DNA from: Eledone cirrhosa
Taxonomy: Eukaryota
Direction of reading: 5' to 3'
NCBI GenBank assembly: GCA_964016885.1
Contig: OZ024766.1
Coordinates: forward strand, 15,066,001-15,130,000
DNA: 64,000 nucleotides
The notes under the pieces are model-generated. The model was given only the letters and a program-made list of their open reading frames with translations, was not told the DNA's origin and did not search any database. A program made the position numbers and the translations under genes. Below, one piece after another: positions 41,100-53,777 of the stretch; position 1 is the first letter of the stretch, and every line of letters begins with the position of its first letter.

Positions 41100-41485
41100 A
41101 ATTCTCCTTTCATTTTATGTCTGTACAATCACAGTCTTCTCTCTTACACACCACTTCAGCTCACTCTTAAACCCAGCTTCTTCTTGAACTTGTCCAAGCT
41201 CTCCCTTTCTCTCACACTTACACAACATATCCTACAAAGCATGGTTGTTTCATATCTCTCCAGTCTACATAACCTCTGCAGTCACAGCCCTTATTTCGTT
41301 ACCATGCATCATTGCATATCACCCACATGTGTCATACAGTTGTCCTTTTGTACAGAGAGAGAGAAACTTTTTGTGGTCAACTGTTGCAGTAGCTCTCTAA
41401 ACTTTTTCCATCCTATCCTTATTCTAGCTATACAACTTTCAGAGCAGCCCCCTCCACTTCTAATTAACTCACCTAGATTGCAAAA
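41100..41485 (-). mobile_element. RTE-LINE RT fragment
   Basis: GGGCSESCIARIRIGWKKFRELL. Confidence 0.8.
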
Positions 41486-41519
41486 TATATTTGTCAGCAT
41501 ACTTTATGAAGGGTCTGTT

Positions 41520-43500
41520 TGGAAGTGCCTCGCCTAATAAACAATGGTGCCATAACTGGACTCAGAAACCAATGGTCACACATACATGGTAAGTTAGCTA
41601 AGAACGTAGGTTTTACATTGGTTCACTGCGCTGGAGAAGTAAGCAGCAATCACGTTTAGGAGACAAGCTCTATCAAATATTTAAAGGGTTCCATAGAAGC
41701 AGTTGACAGTTTCTGTTACCTGGGGTATCAAATAAGCAGTGGAGGTAGGTGTTCTGAAAGTACAGTAACAAGAGTAAGAACAAGATGGCAGAGGTTTAGG
41801 GTGTTACTACTGCTGCTAGCTACAAAAGGTTCATCATCATCATCATCATCACCGTTTTACGTCCGTTCTTCCACGCTAGCATGGGTTAGACGGGTTGTCC
41901 TGTTGTGGGCAGTGTCTGGTCGGCTGACCATGCCTTGCTCATACAGGAACTGATCTGGCTTGATTTCTACAGCTGGATGCCCTTCCTAACACCAACCTCA
42001 TTTACAGTGAGTGCTGGGTGCTTTTTCGTGGCGCCTACACGTCCACTTTACAGTGTGGGCTGGGTGCTTTTTTGCCGTGGCACCTCCACGACCACCTTGC
42101 GGTGGGGGGGGGGGGCATATTGTTTATATGCTTCAGCATGTACCCATGGGAGGTCGGGTACCCTGTATTACTGCGTGACGCCAGAAGTCACGGTCGTGTG
42201 TCATTGACTTTGAGAGGTGTAGTTGGGTAAGGTCGGCTTTTATCACCTCATCCCAAGTCATCTTGGGTCTCCCCACTCCGCGGTTTCCATCAACTTCTAG
42301 TGCTCTGCACCTTTTTATGCAGCTGTCATCCTTCATACGCATCACATGTCCATACCAGCGTAACCGCCTCTCCTGCACGCAGCATTTGATTCCTCTTATG
42401 CTCAGTCTCTCTCTCAATTCATTTATGCTTTGTCGTTCACGTATATTACTGTTACACATCCATCGGAGCATGCAGGCTTCGTTTCTCTCTAATCTACGTA
42501 AGTCTTCCACCTTCAGCGCCCAGGTCTCACTACCATGCAACATCGCTGTTCGGATACACGCATCATACAGTCTGCCTTTCATTCTGAGGGAGAAGCCTTT
42601 TGCAGCTAGCAGTGGTAGTAGTTCCCTAAACTTCTTCCATCCCGTTCTTACCCTAGTTATTGTACTTTCTGAGCACCCACCTCCGTTGCTAATTCGGTCA
42701 CCTAGGTAGCAGAAGCTGTCTACTGTTTCTACAGGGCCCTCCCAGAGATTGGTGGTACTTGTTTCCTGTGGCTGTTTGCTTGCTGTTTCAGCACAGCTGC
42801 TGCATGTGAATCCTACATTCTTAATTAAGCTTCCTGAGATCCCGCTACATCTCTTGTGTACCCATTGTTTGCATTTGGGGCAAAGAATGGAGTTCCTACC
42901 TACACCTTTCCTACATACTGAGCAAGGCCATTTCCCTGAGGGGATCTGGGTTCTGTTTTCTCGTCTACTTATAAGGACCTTAGTCTTTGTCATGTTGACT
43001 TTGAGGCCCTTTCTCTCTAGTCCCTGCTTCCAGGTTTGGAATTTATTCTCTAGTTCTACCATAGATTCAGTTGTTTCGCCAAATTGATGTGTGCATATAA
43101 ACAGCAATGCTGCATTGCAGTGAGGACCCCAGAAGATTGGATAGAAATGAAGCTTGAATTCTCCGATGGATGTGTAATATTAATATACATGAAGGGGAAA
43201 GTGTTAATAACCTGAGAGAGAACCTGGGCATGAGAGGGAAAAGATACAGTATGCAGGAGAGGAGATTGCTGTGGTATGGACATGTGATGTGTATGAAGGT
43301 AGAGATGCTGTATAAAAGGTTGACCACTTGAAATTGATGGAAGAGGAAGACCTAGGAATGCTTGGGATGTGGAGGTAAAAACTGACCTGACACCATTGTA
43401 CCTCTCAAAGGTGATGACACAGGATTGAAATCTCTGGCGTTATACAGTACTGCAGGAGACCTGCATTCCCATGTGCACGGGTTGACACAACATTTAGTGG
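41520..43500 (+). mobile_element. Old plus-strand RTE fragment split by a younger minus-strand RTE (pieces at about 41520-41830 and 43085-43500)
   Basis: VDSFCYLG...LLLLATKG lies before the insertion; TAMLHCSE...WYGHVM follows it. Confidence 0.7.
41831..43085 (-). mobile_element. 5'-truncated RTE (BovB-like) LINE: open RT C-terminus, 3'UTR and (GAT)n tail
   Basis: ORF 42133-43107: GLKVNMTKTKVL, CSVCRKGVG, GWKKFRELLPLL, MLHGSETW, RRLRWYGHVMR. Confidence 0.92.
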
Positions 43501-45035
43501 TTTGAAGTATGCTCCAATTTTCCTCCCCTTCACATCTTAACACTCCACCCCCTTACCAGCTAAGTACACCACCCTGACCTACCTCTCCAATCCCCACTCT
43601 ACATACACACAACCCCACCCCCACTTTCACATCTGATACACCTCTCTTGACCAACCCATGTATACAAGTAAGGAAAGCTTAACATTATCTCCTCCAATGC
43701 TGCTGAAATGGCTAAAAGCCCTCAGGCAACCCTGTAAGGTGGTCATGCAAGTGTCATGACAAAAGAGCACCAAGTCCTCTCTGTTAGGTAACATGACAAA
43801 AGAACACCTAACCCTCCCTGCAAGGTAGTCATGCTGATGACATGACAAATAAGCACCCAGTCCACCCTGTGAGGTAGACATGACAGAAGGCCCCTAGCCC
43901 ACTCTGTAAAGTAGTCATGCTAGTGGCAAGACTGAAGGGACCCGAAGCACCCTTCAAAGTGATCAAATTGGTGACATGACTTGACACCATTTTTTAGTTT
44001 ACTTCTAAAATATCTCATTTTTATTTTACTTCTAAAATATCTCATATATTTAAAAATTACTTATTTTAAAAAATTATTATTTATTTCTTAAAAAAATTAC
44101 TTTTTAAAGATTATTTAAAATTTTTTTATATTTTTTAATATTTTTTAAATATTTTTAAACATTTTAAATAGTTTAAGTACTTTTTAAGTATTTTATTTTG
44201 TTAAAAGGGTTTTTTGAGTATCTTCTGAGATTAAAAAAATTTTTTTTTTTATTTTTCCAGAAATGTTTTCCAGAACTTTTAATATTTTAATATTTTAAAT
44301 ATTTTTTAATTATTTAATATTAGAGTTATAACCAATAACTAATTCTGGCTATATATATCTTTCAACATTTATATCTTCGTCAAAATGGTCTCTTACTAAC
44401 TAATAAATAAACAAAGCTGGGTTTTTCAGTATCTTCCTAATTTAAAACATTAAAAACATATAAATAATCTTATTAACTCAGTTAATTTAATTACTTACAC
44501 TAAATATAAACCAGTATCCCTCATAACTTATTAAAACAATTATCTATAACATGATATAGCCATTTATCCACTCATATATCTATTCTTCTATCTATTGATT
44601 CTCCTATTTTCTACTTTATATCTATTTATTTTCAATTTATTATTCAATGTCTTTATATATATTTATTTTTTCTATATATCTATTTTTCTATATACTTATA
44701 ATAGTAAATATTATATTGTATTATATTAGAATTCTAACAATAATTAGTAAATATACGTAACATTAATATAAACGTAATACTTATTTACGTTACACGAGTT
44801 CATCCTCTATAAATGTCTTTCTTCTCTCTATCTCTCTATCTATCTCATAACAGTAATTTTTTTCTCTCTCTTTCTTCTCTTTCTTCCCTATCTTTCCCCA
44901 GCGTAATTTAAATAAACGGTTGTTTTTTCAATTTTTCATACATTCATTTGCATATTCACACATAACTTTGAATTACCCCTAATAAGTTTCCCCTATCCAG
45001 CGAATTTCCGACCGTTATTTATAAAACAAATTTTG

Positions 45036-45100
45036 TATTTTATCTGATGAAAGAGCACCAAGATTGACTTGGTCGCCCTTGAAATATATATAATAAAATA
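45036..45100 (+). ncRNA. Type-I hammerhead ribozyme, complete core
   Basis: tattttat-CTGATGA-aagagcaccaag attga cttggtcgccctt-GAAA-tatata-TA-ataaaata. Perfect 8-bp stem I, paired stem II, palindromic stem III. Confidence 0.78.
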
Positions 45101-46214
45101 AATATGCAAAAGTTCTATTTAAATTGTTGGGATACAACAAGCAAATATGTTTATAACTGATATAAAGCACTCAACAAGTATTTGGAATAAACATACGATA
45201 TTAACAATCCTTTTGTATTTTATGTACTCAATTATACGATGTACTATATTGATTTATACTTCTCTCTATATGTGAGTATATATGTATATGTGTATATTGA
45301 CATACATGTACATGTGTTCTATGCATTTTTATGAATATATGTCTGTCTGTATGTATGCATGCGTGACGCGAATCTACCAATTTGCCGAGGATGCACACAC
45401 ATGTATATATATGTATATGTAAGAATTGTGTGTGTACATGTACATGTATACCCATACAATTTGATTGCAGATAGACATAACTAACAGCCATAAATGCATA
45501 ACAGCTAATCTTATATATTTATATATATATATTAAAAAAAATTTGTTATAAAAAATATTTTATTTAATAACACAAAGGATGGATAACATTAAATTAAAAA
45601 TTCATTTATGCTTTGTATGTATATATTATATACGTGGTTAGATATGGTGTGTATTTTGTGAGTGTGTGTATATATATATATTTATGTGTATTTTTGCGTG
45701 TGTGTACGTGTTATATGATATGTAGTTCTCTAGCAATATATAGATTTCTTAATGTTTAGATTCCAATTTTTAATATATTGATCTCAATTTTTAAACTAAA
45801 TATCTAATCATAGTTAAACAATGATTAATTTCTCATATTATGTATGTATATTCCATTCATGATTATTAATATTTCTAATTTTATTTATTCATTTCATCTC
45901 AATTGTTAAGTTAACTTAATATGACATGACTTAATGTGTTCATTCTTTCCCCCTCTCTCTATCTCTATATTTTTGTCTCTGTCTGGTGTTTTGATATATC
46001 TCTCTCGTTTTTCTCTCCTTTTTCTTTTTTCTTGTTTTCTTTCTTTCTTTCTCCCTTTTCTCTCTCTCCGTCCTTTTCCTTATCTGTAACACAACGACTT
46101 ATTTTAAAAATACTAATATAAGTAAACAACTCCACTATCCCTGAGTCTTCCAAAAGTAACGGTTGCATTTTGTAAGGGTATGTCAATATTTATTTATAAA
46201 ACTGTTATATATTG

Positions 46215-46279
46215 TATTTTGTCTGATGAAAGCATACCATAATTTAACATGGTATCCTCGAAATATGTATAATAAAATA
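46215..46279 (+). ncRNA. Type-I hammerhead ribozyme, complete core (second, diverged copy)
   Basis: tattttgt-CTGATGA-aagcataccat aatttaac atggtatcctc-GAAA-tatgta-TA-ataaaata. The first pair of stem II is mismatched. Confidence 0.7.
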
Positions 46280-46347
46280 GATATGGTTTTATAAATATAG
46301 TTTCCATTTGTTAATATCGTATAATAAAATAAATATAGTTTTATAAA

Positions 46348-46732
46348 TCATCATCACCGTTTTACGTCCGTTCTTCCATGCTAGCATGGGTTAGACGGGT
46401 TGTCCTGTTGTGGGCAGTGTCTGGTCGGCTGACCATGCCTTGCTCATACAGGAACTGATTTTGGCTTTTCTACAGCCGGATGCCCTTCCTAACACCAACC
46501 TCATTTACAGTGAGTGTTGCGTGCTTTTTTCCGTGGCGCCCACACGTCCACTTTACAGTGTGGGCTGGGTGCTTTTTCTGTGTGGCACCTCCACGACCAC
46601 TTTGCAGTGGGATGGTGTGGGGGCATATTGTCTATATGCTTCATCTTGAACCCATGGAAGGTCGGGTACTCTGTATTACTGCGTGACGCCAGAGGTCACG
46701 GTCGTGTGTCATCATCGCCTTTGAGAGGTGTG
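46348..46732 (-). mobile_element. RTE-LINE 3'UTR fragment
   Basis: Closely similar to 41845-42220. Confidence 0.8.
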
Positions 46733-46733
46733 T

Positions 46734-46770
<37 letters not shown>

Positions 46771-46984
46771 AATAAATTATCGAGAATCGGAATCTCGGCC
46801 CACGAAATAACGAAACACAATCTTCGAAAAGTGTAGCAAAGTGCTCAATAGTTTGGATAAACCAGAGCTATAACTAATATTTAAATACCAACACACTGAG
46901 ATAATGCTTAAAATCATTCGCACAGCCGAAAAAACGACCAAGAAAATTCGGGTCAGACAAATAATAAATATATATATATATATT

Positions 46985-48256
46985 TTTTCTTTTAACATAT
47001 ATGTGTTTATAAAATATATACAGGAACTCCCCAAAAATGTATACACACTTCAACTACAGTCTATGTAAGTGTGTATATATTTTTGGGGGACACTGTAATA
47101 TACATATCATTAAACGTATCTCCTACATGTGTATAAATAAATATACATGTATTTTATTAACAATTTTCTGTAGAATCTGTTAAACATGGAAGAAAATGTG
47201 GAGACTAAATAAAATTAACGTGTTGGTCACATTAACTTAATAATATAACTATATATTAATGAAATATGTCGAAATAAAAGTTGTAATTGTGACAAAAATA
47301 TTGATTCGGTAGTTTATTATGACCAAGATTGAATATTTAATGGAATTAAGTGGAATTTATTAGGAAATAAGACAATAAAACAGTGAAATGTTGAGGTTAA
47401 AAGAGAGAAAAACAAAATGTCCTCTCTTTATAAACTTTAATGTGGTTGAATTAGTAGCGGCTCGGCTTACTAAACTCAGCTCTCTCAAGGGTTCGAATCT
47501 CACGTAGTTTACTATAGTGTCTACAGAGTTATCTCCTACTGCTTTTATATAGTATCACTGTTTATTGTAAAGAGGGCGCTACAATCATTTACTAGTGTGA
47601 CCAATGGTTTGCAGTCTGGCTTACTAACGCCAGGACTAAAGTGTTACATGGTTCCAACCGGGCTGGTTCCTTAATTTTTAAAAAGAGTTATCACCCATAG
47701 TCTTTCAGAGATTCCTCGAAAGGTGGCGTGGCGATCTGCTTTCATGAGGAGTAGTAAGAGACAATAATATATGTAAGGAGGAGGAGTGAGAGAGACAAAA
47801 ACAAAACTGTGTTAATTCTCTCTCCCCCTCGCTTCTTTTACTCTATCTACCTGTTATGTCTTCATTTCACTGTTTTATTGTCTTACTAGCAGTGTATCCC
47901 GGCGTTGCACGGGTAAGAACATTGGTAATAGCACCTCCAATGAGAAACCTTTATTTGTGAGTGCCTGTTAAAAACTCACAAACTGGACATGCTCACCGAC
48001 ATCCAGAGTTGACACTGCACTCAGTGCTCCTGTGGGAGACTCTGCATGGACACACTGGAAGAGGAAGACTGAGGTGAACATATGTTGATGCCCTCAGGAC
48101 AGACACTGGTCTGTTGGAGGTGCAGGACATGGCAGTGATAATGAGGGACAGAGACCCCTGGAGAGACCTCGTCTATGGTTCTTGGGAATTTTACCCGTCC
48201 TAGGTAGATAGATATATTTGTATGTGTATATTTATATATATGTATATGTGTATATT

Positions 48257-48337
<81 letters not shown>

Positions 48338-48338
48338 T

Positions 48339-48409
<71 letters not shown>

Positions 48410-48882
48410 ATATGTGTTTGTATATGTATGTATATCTATACAAATATATAAAAGTGAAATTGTGTGTGTGTGTGTCCTGATTTTTGCACCGCCAAGGAAG
48501 CACCAGAGATGTCGCAGCCTCAGCATGCCAAGCCCTCCACGCAACGGGTGTTGACAGCAGATGAATAGTCTGACCATGGGAGCATGTCCCTTCCATAGAA
48601 AGCGGAAGAGGAGGTGCTCCATTTTTGTCAGAGTTGGGCCGGGGCAATATTTCCTAATTCCACTTAATTCCATTAAATATTCAATCTTGGTCGAAATAAA
48701 TATTTTCATCTGTGACGATCTGTACAACCAATAATAGTAGGAGTCACGTTACATGATATGTATATATATATACAGGATGTCCCTAAAATATGTATACACA
48801 TTTACATAGACTGTAGTTGAAGTGTGTATACATTTTGGGGAGACCCTGTATATATTTTATTTATATATATATATGTTAAAAG
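46985..48882. mobile_element. Large degenerate fold-back element; each arm carries an approximately 75-bp Tc1/mariner-type mini-MITE (47021-47095, 48772-48848); the right arm is interrupted at 47886-48649
   Basis: GACCAAGATTGAATATTTAATGGAATTAAGTGGAAT (47321) is mirrored at 48657-48692. TA|CAGG...CCCTG|TA mini-elements in opposite orientation. Confidence 0.65.
47886..48649 (-). mobile_element. Helitron-ended composite insertion carrying RTE-X and Tx1/L1 LINE fragments
   Basis: Minus 3' end ACCCGTGCAACGCCGGGATACACTGCTAG|T. Plus-frame peptide [22 protein letters not shown]...DTGL...DRDPWR (RTE-X-like). Minus-frame FRFLWKG...[12 protein letters not shown] (Tx1-like). Confidence 0.6.
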
Positions 48883-48909
48883 ATGATTGATATATATATC
48901 TACACTCAA

Positions 48910-49299
48910 ATAAATTAATAAAATAATGAATAAACAAAGAAACAGTTCTTTATATTAAAAAAATTCATCATTTTACGATCGTTTCTAGGATATATATGTG
49001 TTAGAGTTGGTATGCATATTCTATAGATCTATGTACAATATTTATAAAAACTATCAGAGGGAATATACATACCTACACATATATATGCTGTCTTCAGAAA
49101 TAATATTATTTCTGAAGACATCATATATATGTGTAGGTATGTATATTCCCTCTGATAGTTTGTATAAATATTGTACATAGATCTATAGAATATGCATATC
49201 ACCTCTAACACATATATATCCTAGAAACGATCGTAAAATGATGAATTTTTTTAATATAAGGAACTGTTTCTTTGTTTATTCATTATTTTATTAATTTAT
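48910..49299. repeat. Spacer-less palindrome centred at 49104/49105 with about 195-bp arms
   Basis: CTTCAGAAATAAT|ATTATTTCTGAAG axis. Arms nearly identical. Confidence 0.95.
49104..49243 (+). ncRNA. Type-I hammerhead ribozyme with extended (about 105-nt) stem II; mirror copy on the minus strand at 48966-49105
   Basis: tattattt-CTGAAGA-[catc atatatatgtgt...acacatatatat ccta]-GAAA-cgatcg-TA-aaatgatg. Confidence 0.68.
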
Positions 49300-49501
49300 C
49301 TTGACTCTGTTTTCCGTTTATTTTTCACCGAAAGTAGTTGTTGAATGCATCTTCTCTTTTCATGATATCTGGATTACATTGAGTTCTTCATACGGATTGG
49401 ACACTACCGTAAACTTTTGGTAGATTTATCTACATTCTACACTCAAATGCATATTTATATATTTATATATATATAAATATATATAAATATATTTATATAT
49501 T

Positions 49502-49535
<34 letters not shown>

Positions 49536-50314
49536 AAGATATATATATACTTTTACGTGTATACATCTGAAAATGTATATATGGATGTAAACATATACGT
49601 AAACATACATGTTTACATATAGATGGACAGTTATACATATACAATAACTTATTTCTATACATAAATATACCACAAGGCATGGTGCTGCCAACTAACCAGA
49701 GCTCCCTCATAATGGACCAGCTAGATCCCAAAATACAGGCCTGCTAGCCAACACACAGTCCCAATAAGTGTAAACTACAGCGCAGCTATCTGGACTGACT
49801 TCTCTTAAGACTACTCATTATCCCACTACATCTTTTGTATACTATATATATACTGTATATATACTGTTTATATATATATACACACACACATATAATTGTG
49901 TATTCACACATTATCTTAGTAATGAAATAATAATTTTAGTAAATTGTTCAAAATTCTTCATTAACCCTTTTGGTAGAAACCCAGCCAAAATAGGTTCTCC
50001 TTCTATGGAAATGGTTCCTATCTAAATTAAAGTCTTCCAACGAAATTCTATATAACAACCATATGTTAAGTTACTATGTTAGTAATTAACTAACAATTGT
50101 GATAAATAGCCCAACATTATTCATAATTAATTGAAATACAAGGTTCATAATTATAATAAAATCTTCGAATAGGCTACGAAGCCGGTAAACCTTAAAGGTA
50201 CGCAACACAAACATCGTTATAGCGTTTCACCAGGCAATTCCTTCCTCAATCATTACATAGATGTGTGTATGTAATAATTATTTTGTATTGTGTGTCTATT
50301 TATGAATATGTATG

Positions 50315-50732
50315 TGTAGATGTGTGTGTGTTGTGTGTGTGTAACCCAGTAGATGTGTGTATGTAACACAGTAGATGTGTGTGTATGTAACTCAGCAGAT
50401 GTGTGTGTATGTAACTCAGCAGATGTGCGTGTATGTAACACAGTAGATGTGTGTGTGTGTAACACAGTATATGTATGTGTATGTAACACACTAGATGTGT
50501 GTGTATATATATAACAGTAGATGTGTATGTAACACAGTAGATGTGTGTATATGTAACACAGTTGATGTGTATATATAACACAGATGTGTATATAACACAG
50601 TAGATGTGTATATATAACACAGTAGATGTGTATATATAACACAGTAGATGTGTGTGTATGTAACACAGTAGATCTGTGTGTATATAACACAGTAGATGTG
50701 TGTATGTAACACAGTAGATGTGTATGTAACTA
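50315..50732. repeat. Variable 20-26-bp minisatellite (AACACAGTAGATGTGTGTATGT)n
   Basis: Visible tandem units. Confidence 0.9.
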
Positions 50733-51589
50733 AAGTGTAACGTACGTTACGAATGGACAACTAAAAGATTTTAACTTGTTTTTTAACAATTGATGGTGGA
50801 AACAAATTTAGATTGTCTCAATTCAGACCATAAAGGGCCGCAACACACGGTGTTTGACACACTTACCGGCTACATAGCCTCGGAGTCTATTTTACTGAGA
50901 CCAGCTACATATCTTCTTCCTAAAATCTTCCAACATAATTTTATACAAGAACCACATATTAAGTTACTAATAAAATAATTAATAATTAAAAACTTCAGTA
51001 AATCCTTCAAATGATATCTCAGTAATGAAATAATTAATAATTGTTATAAATACCTCAAAATTCCTCATTAATTAAACCCAAGACAGGTAAAAACTCCAGA
51101 GTCTTTCAATCGGACATGAAACAAATTAATTTCTAATGGAAGAAGTAAAGTTTGTAAAGTCAGCCAAGGGAGATCACTCTCAGCGACTTATCGTAATTCT
51201 TGTTCCTGAATTAATCCGGATTAAAATATTCTGGTGTATTTTGTGTGGAGGAAACCGGATTTAGGCGGTGATAGCACGCAATACATGAACGTATGGTTCG
51301 TGAGTTCGAATCCCATACCGGGTGGTCTGTACGTCGGGGCCTTGAACAAGACACTTTATTTCTCATTGTTTTATTTCACCCAGCTGGCAAAAATAATAAG
51401 TTGTAATAATTATAGTGGAAATGTTGTTACATAGAATTGTCACACTGAATCTCCCTGAGAAGAATGTCAACGGTATACGTGTCAATGAAATACTCAGACA
51501 CATTATAATATAAGATGGGTTCTACATGTATTTCAAAGGGAAGCCATGCCATACGTCTTGCTGAATCTCCCTGAGAACTACGTATATAC

Positions 51590-52005
51590 TAGTGACTATC
51601 AGACATAGTGTATCTAGGATTACATTATCTAATGTACAGTATAGTAGCTATTAGACATAGTGTACCTAGGACTACATTATCTAATGTACAGTATAGTGGC
51701 TATCAGACATAGTGTACCTAGGACTACATTATATAATGTACAGTATAGTGGCTATCAGACATAGTGTACCTAGGACTACATTGTCTAATGTACAGTATAG
51801 TGGCTATCAGACATAGTGTATCTAGGACTACATTATATAATGTACAGTATAGTGGCTATCAGACATAGTGTACCTAGGACTACATTGTCTAATGTACAGT
51901 ATAGTGGCTATCAGACATAGTGTACCTAGGACTACATTATATAATGTACAGTATAGTGGCTATCAGACATAGTGTACCTAGGACTACATTATCTAATGTA
52001 CTATA
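51590..52005. repeat. 52-bp minisatellite, about 8 units
   Basis: AGTGGCTATCAGACATAGTGTACCTAGGACTACATTATCTAATGTACAGTAT repeated. Confidence 0.93.
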
Positions 52006-52046
52006 TAGCAGTTAGTAATTGTGGCTATCATTATTATAGACTTCAA

Positions 52047-52219
52047 GTCGGTAGAGGGTCAGACGCTATGCTTTCCAGCATAGTTACGTACCTTTACGAT
52101 CTGAGTTCAAATCCCGCCGAGGTTGACTTTGTCTTTCATCCTTAGGGGGTCGATAAAATAAAGTACCAGTAATGCACTGGGTAATTGCTGGTCTTGTGCC
52201 TAAAGTAGAAACAATTATT
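52047..52219 (+). mobile_element. tRNA-derived SINE
   Basis: B-box-like GAGTTCAAATCC and the family body. Confidence 0.8.
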
Positions 52220-52619
52220 ATAGACTTCAAGTAAATCTTTGTCAACTTACCTCATTCACATATAATCAATGTGTTGTGTTGTTAGTTGTAACTAAACAAC
52301 CAAAGAAATAATCTCTTTGTTATCAAATTAAAAGTTTCAAAGATGTTATCAGCTTTATTTCACGACATTAACGTTGGTGTATCTTCTTCATCTTTAGTCA
52401 TGAATTGATATCTTGTCAGAATGAAGTAGTGAGGCTGACTTTATCTCTTTAGCTACAGATTTGATAGGAAATATATATATTGTCTATAAATGACTGATAG
52501 CAGATGTTCTGGTGAAATAGTAGTTTTACTACTACAGATTGTAATGGAACTCTTAGTAGACACAATTGTAAAGTAAGAATAGATATGACAGTGTAAGACT
52601 GATGTCGGGGAAATAAACT

Positions 52620-52664
<45 letters not shown>

Positions 52665-52697
52665 GTTACACAAGATATAATTAGATTAATTAAAGTT

Positions 52698-52885
52698 ATA
52701 ATTGTTTCTACTTTAGGCACAAGGCCAGCAATTACCCAGTGCATTACTGGTACTTTATTTTATCGACCCCGTAAGGATGAAAGGCAAAGTCAACCTCGGC
52801 AGAATTTGAACTCAGATCGTAAAGGGACGTAACTATGCTGGAAAGCATGGCGTCCGACCCTCTACCGATACTGCCAATTCACCGC
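52698..52885 (-). mobile_element. tRNA-derived SINE, inverted relative to 52047-52219
   Basis: Close reverse complement of 52047-52219. Confidence 0.8.
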
Positions 52886-53777
52886 AATGAAGGCAGCAGG
52901 TACTCGGTGTCGTTGTGCATGTTTCAACTCTCTTCCCGGTGTCATACGTTAAAAGTCCCTGATATAATTTAATACCTTCAGACACAGTTCCAATCGTTTT
53001 TAGTTTATTGTAAATCAGAAAGTATCACTCAATAAAATATCAATTATATATCAATAAGAAAACCTCTAGGTAGTCTCACTGACTGCTAGAAATAGCAGCG
53101 ATATTACCCATTACAACTGCTCTCTCTCTATATATATATATACACACATATATGTACGTATGTATGTATATGTGTATATATGTGTATGAATGAGTGTGTA
53201 TGTGTGTATATGTGTACATAGGGTTTTGGTATATGTACGTTTGGTGAACATATGTGTATTTACCTGTAGGTATGTGAGTGTGCGTTCTATACGCATTTAT
53301 GCGTGTATATTTATATATGTATTTATAATTATATGTATATATACACACACAAACATATATTTATATGTGTATTTGGTGCATACAATCGTATGTGTGCGGG
53401 TATATGTGTTGCGCCGGTTTACGTCCGTGCGCGCCTGTTTATGTGTACGTATATGTATATGCATGCATGCCGTGTGTTTTCGCATATGCTCGTGTATAAA
53501 TGTGTGTATGTATATATTTAATTATTATTACTTTTATGATTTTAATAACATCTGTCATTTTCGTTCAACTAATTTATTTACATTATTCTGGACTCCGAAG
53601 CCGAGCATCATTCAGTTTCCTTAATAGAATATTAGTCTACGACTCCATTTACACCATAAAGGTGGTTTTGTCTTTACGTGTAATTGTTGTCACCGCTCCA
53701 CATAACGACGTATTATCTTCTTTTTCCCGTTCATTGCCAGGGAACGTCTTCACGAATCAAAGCATAAATTATTTTCC

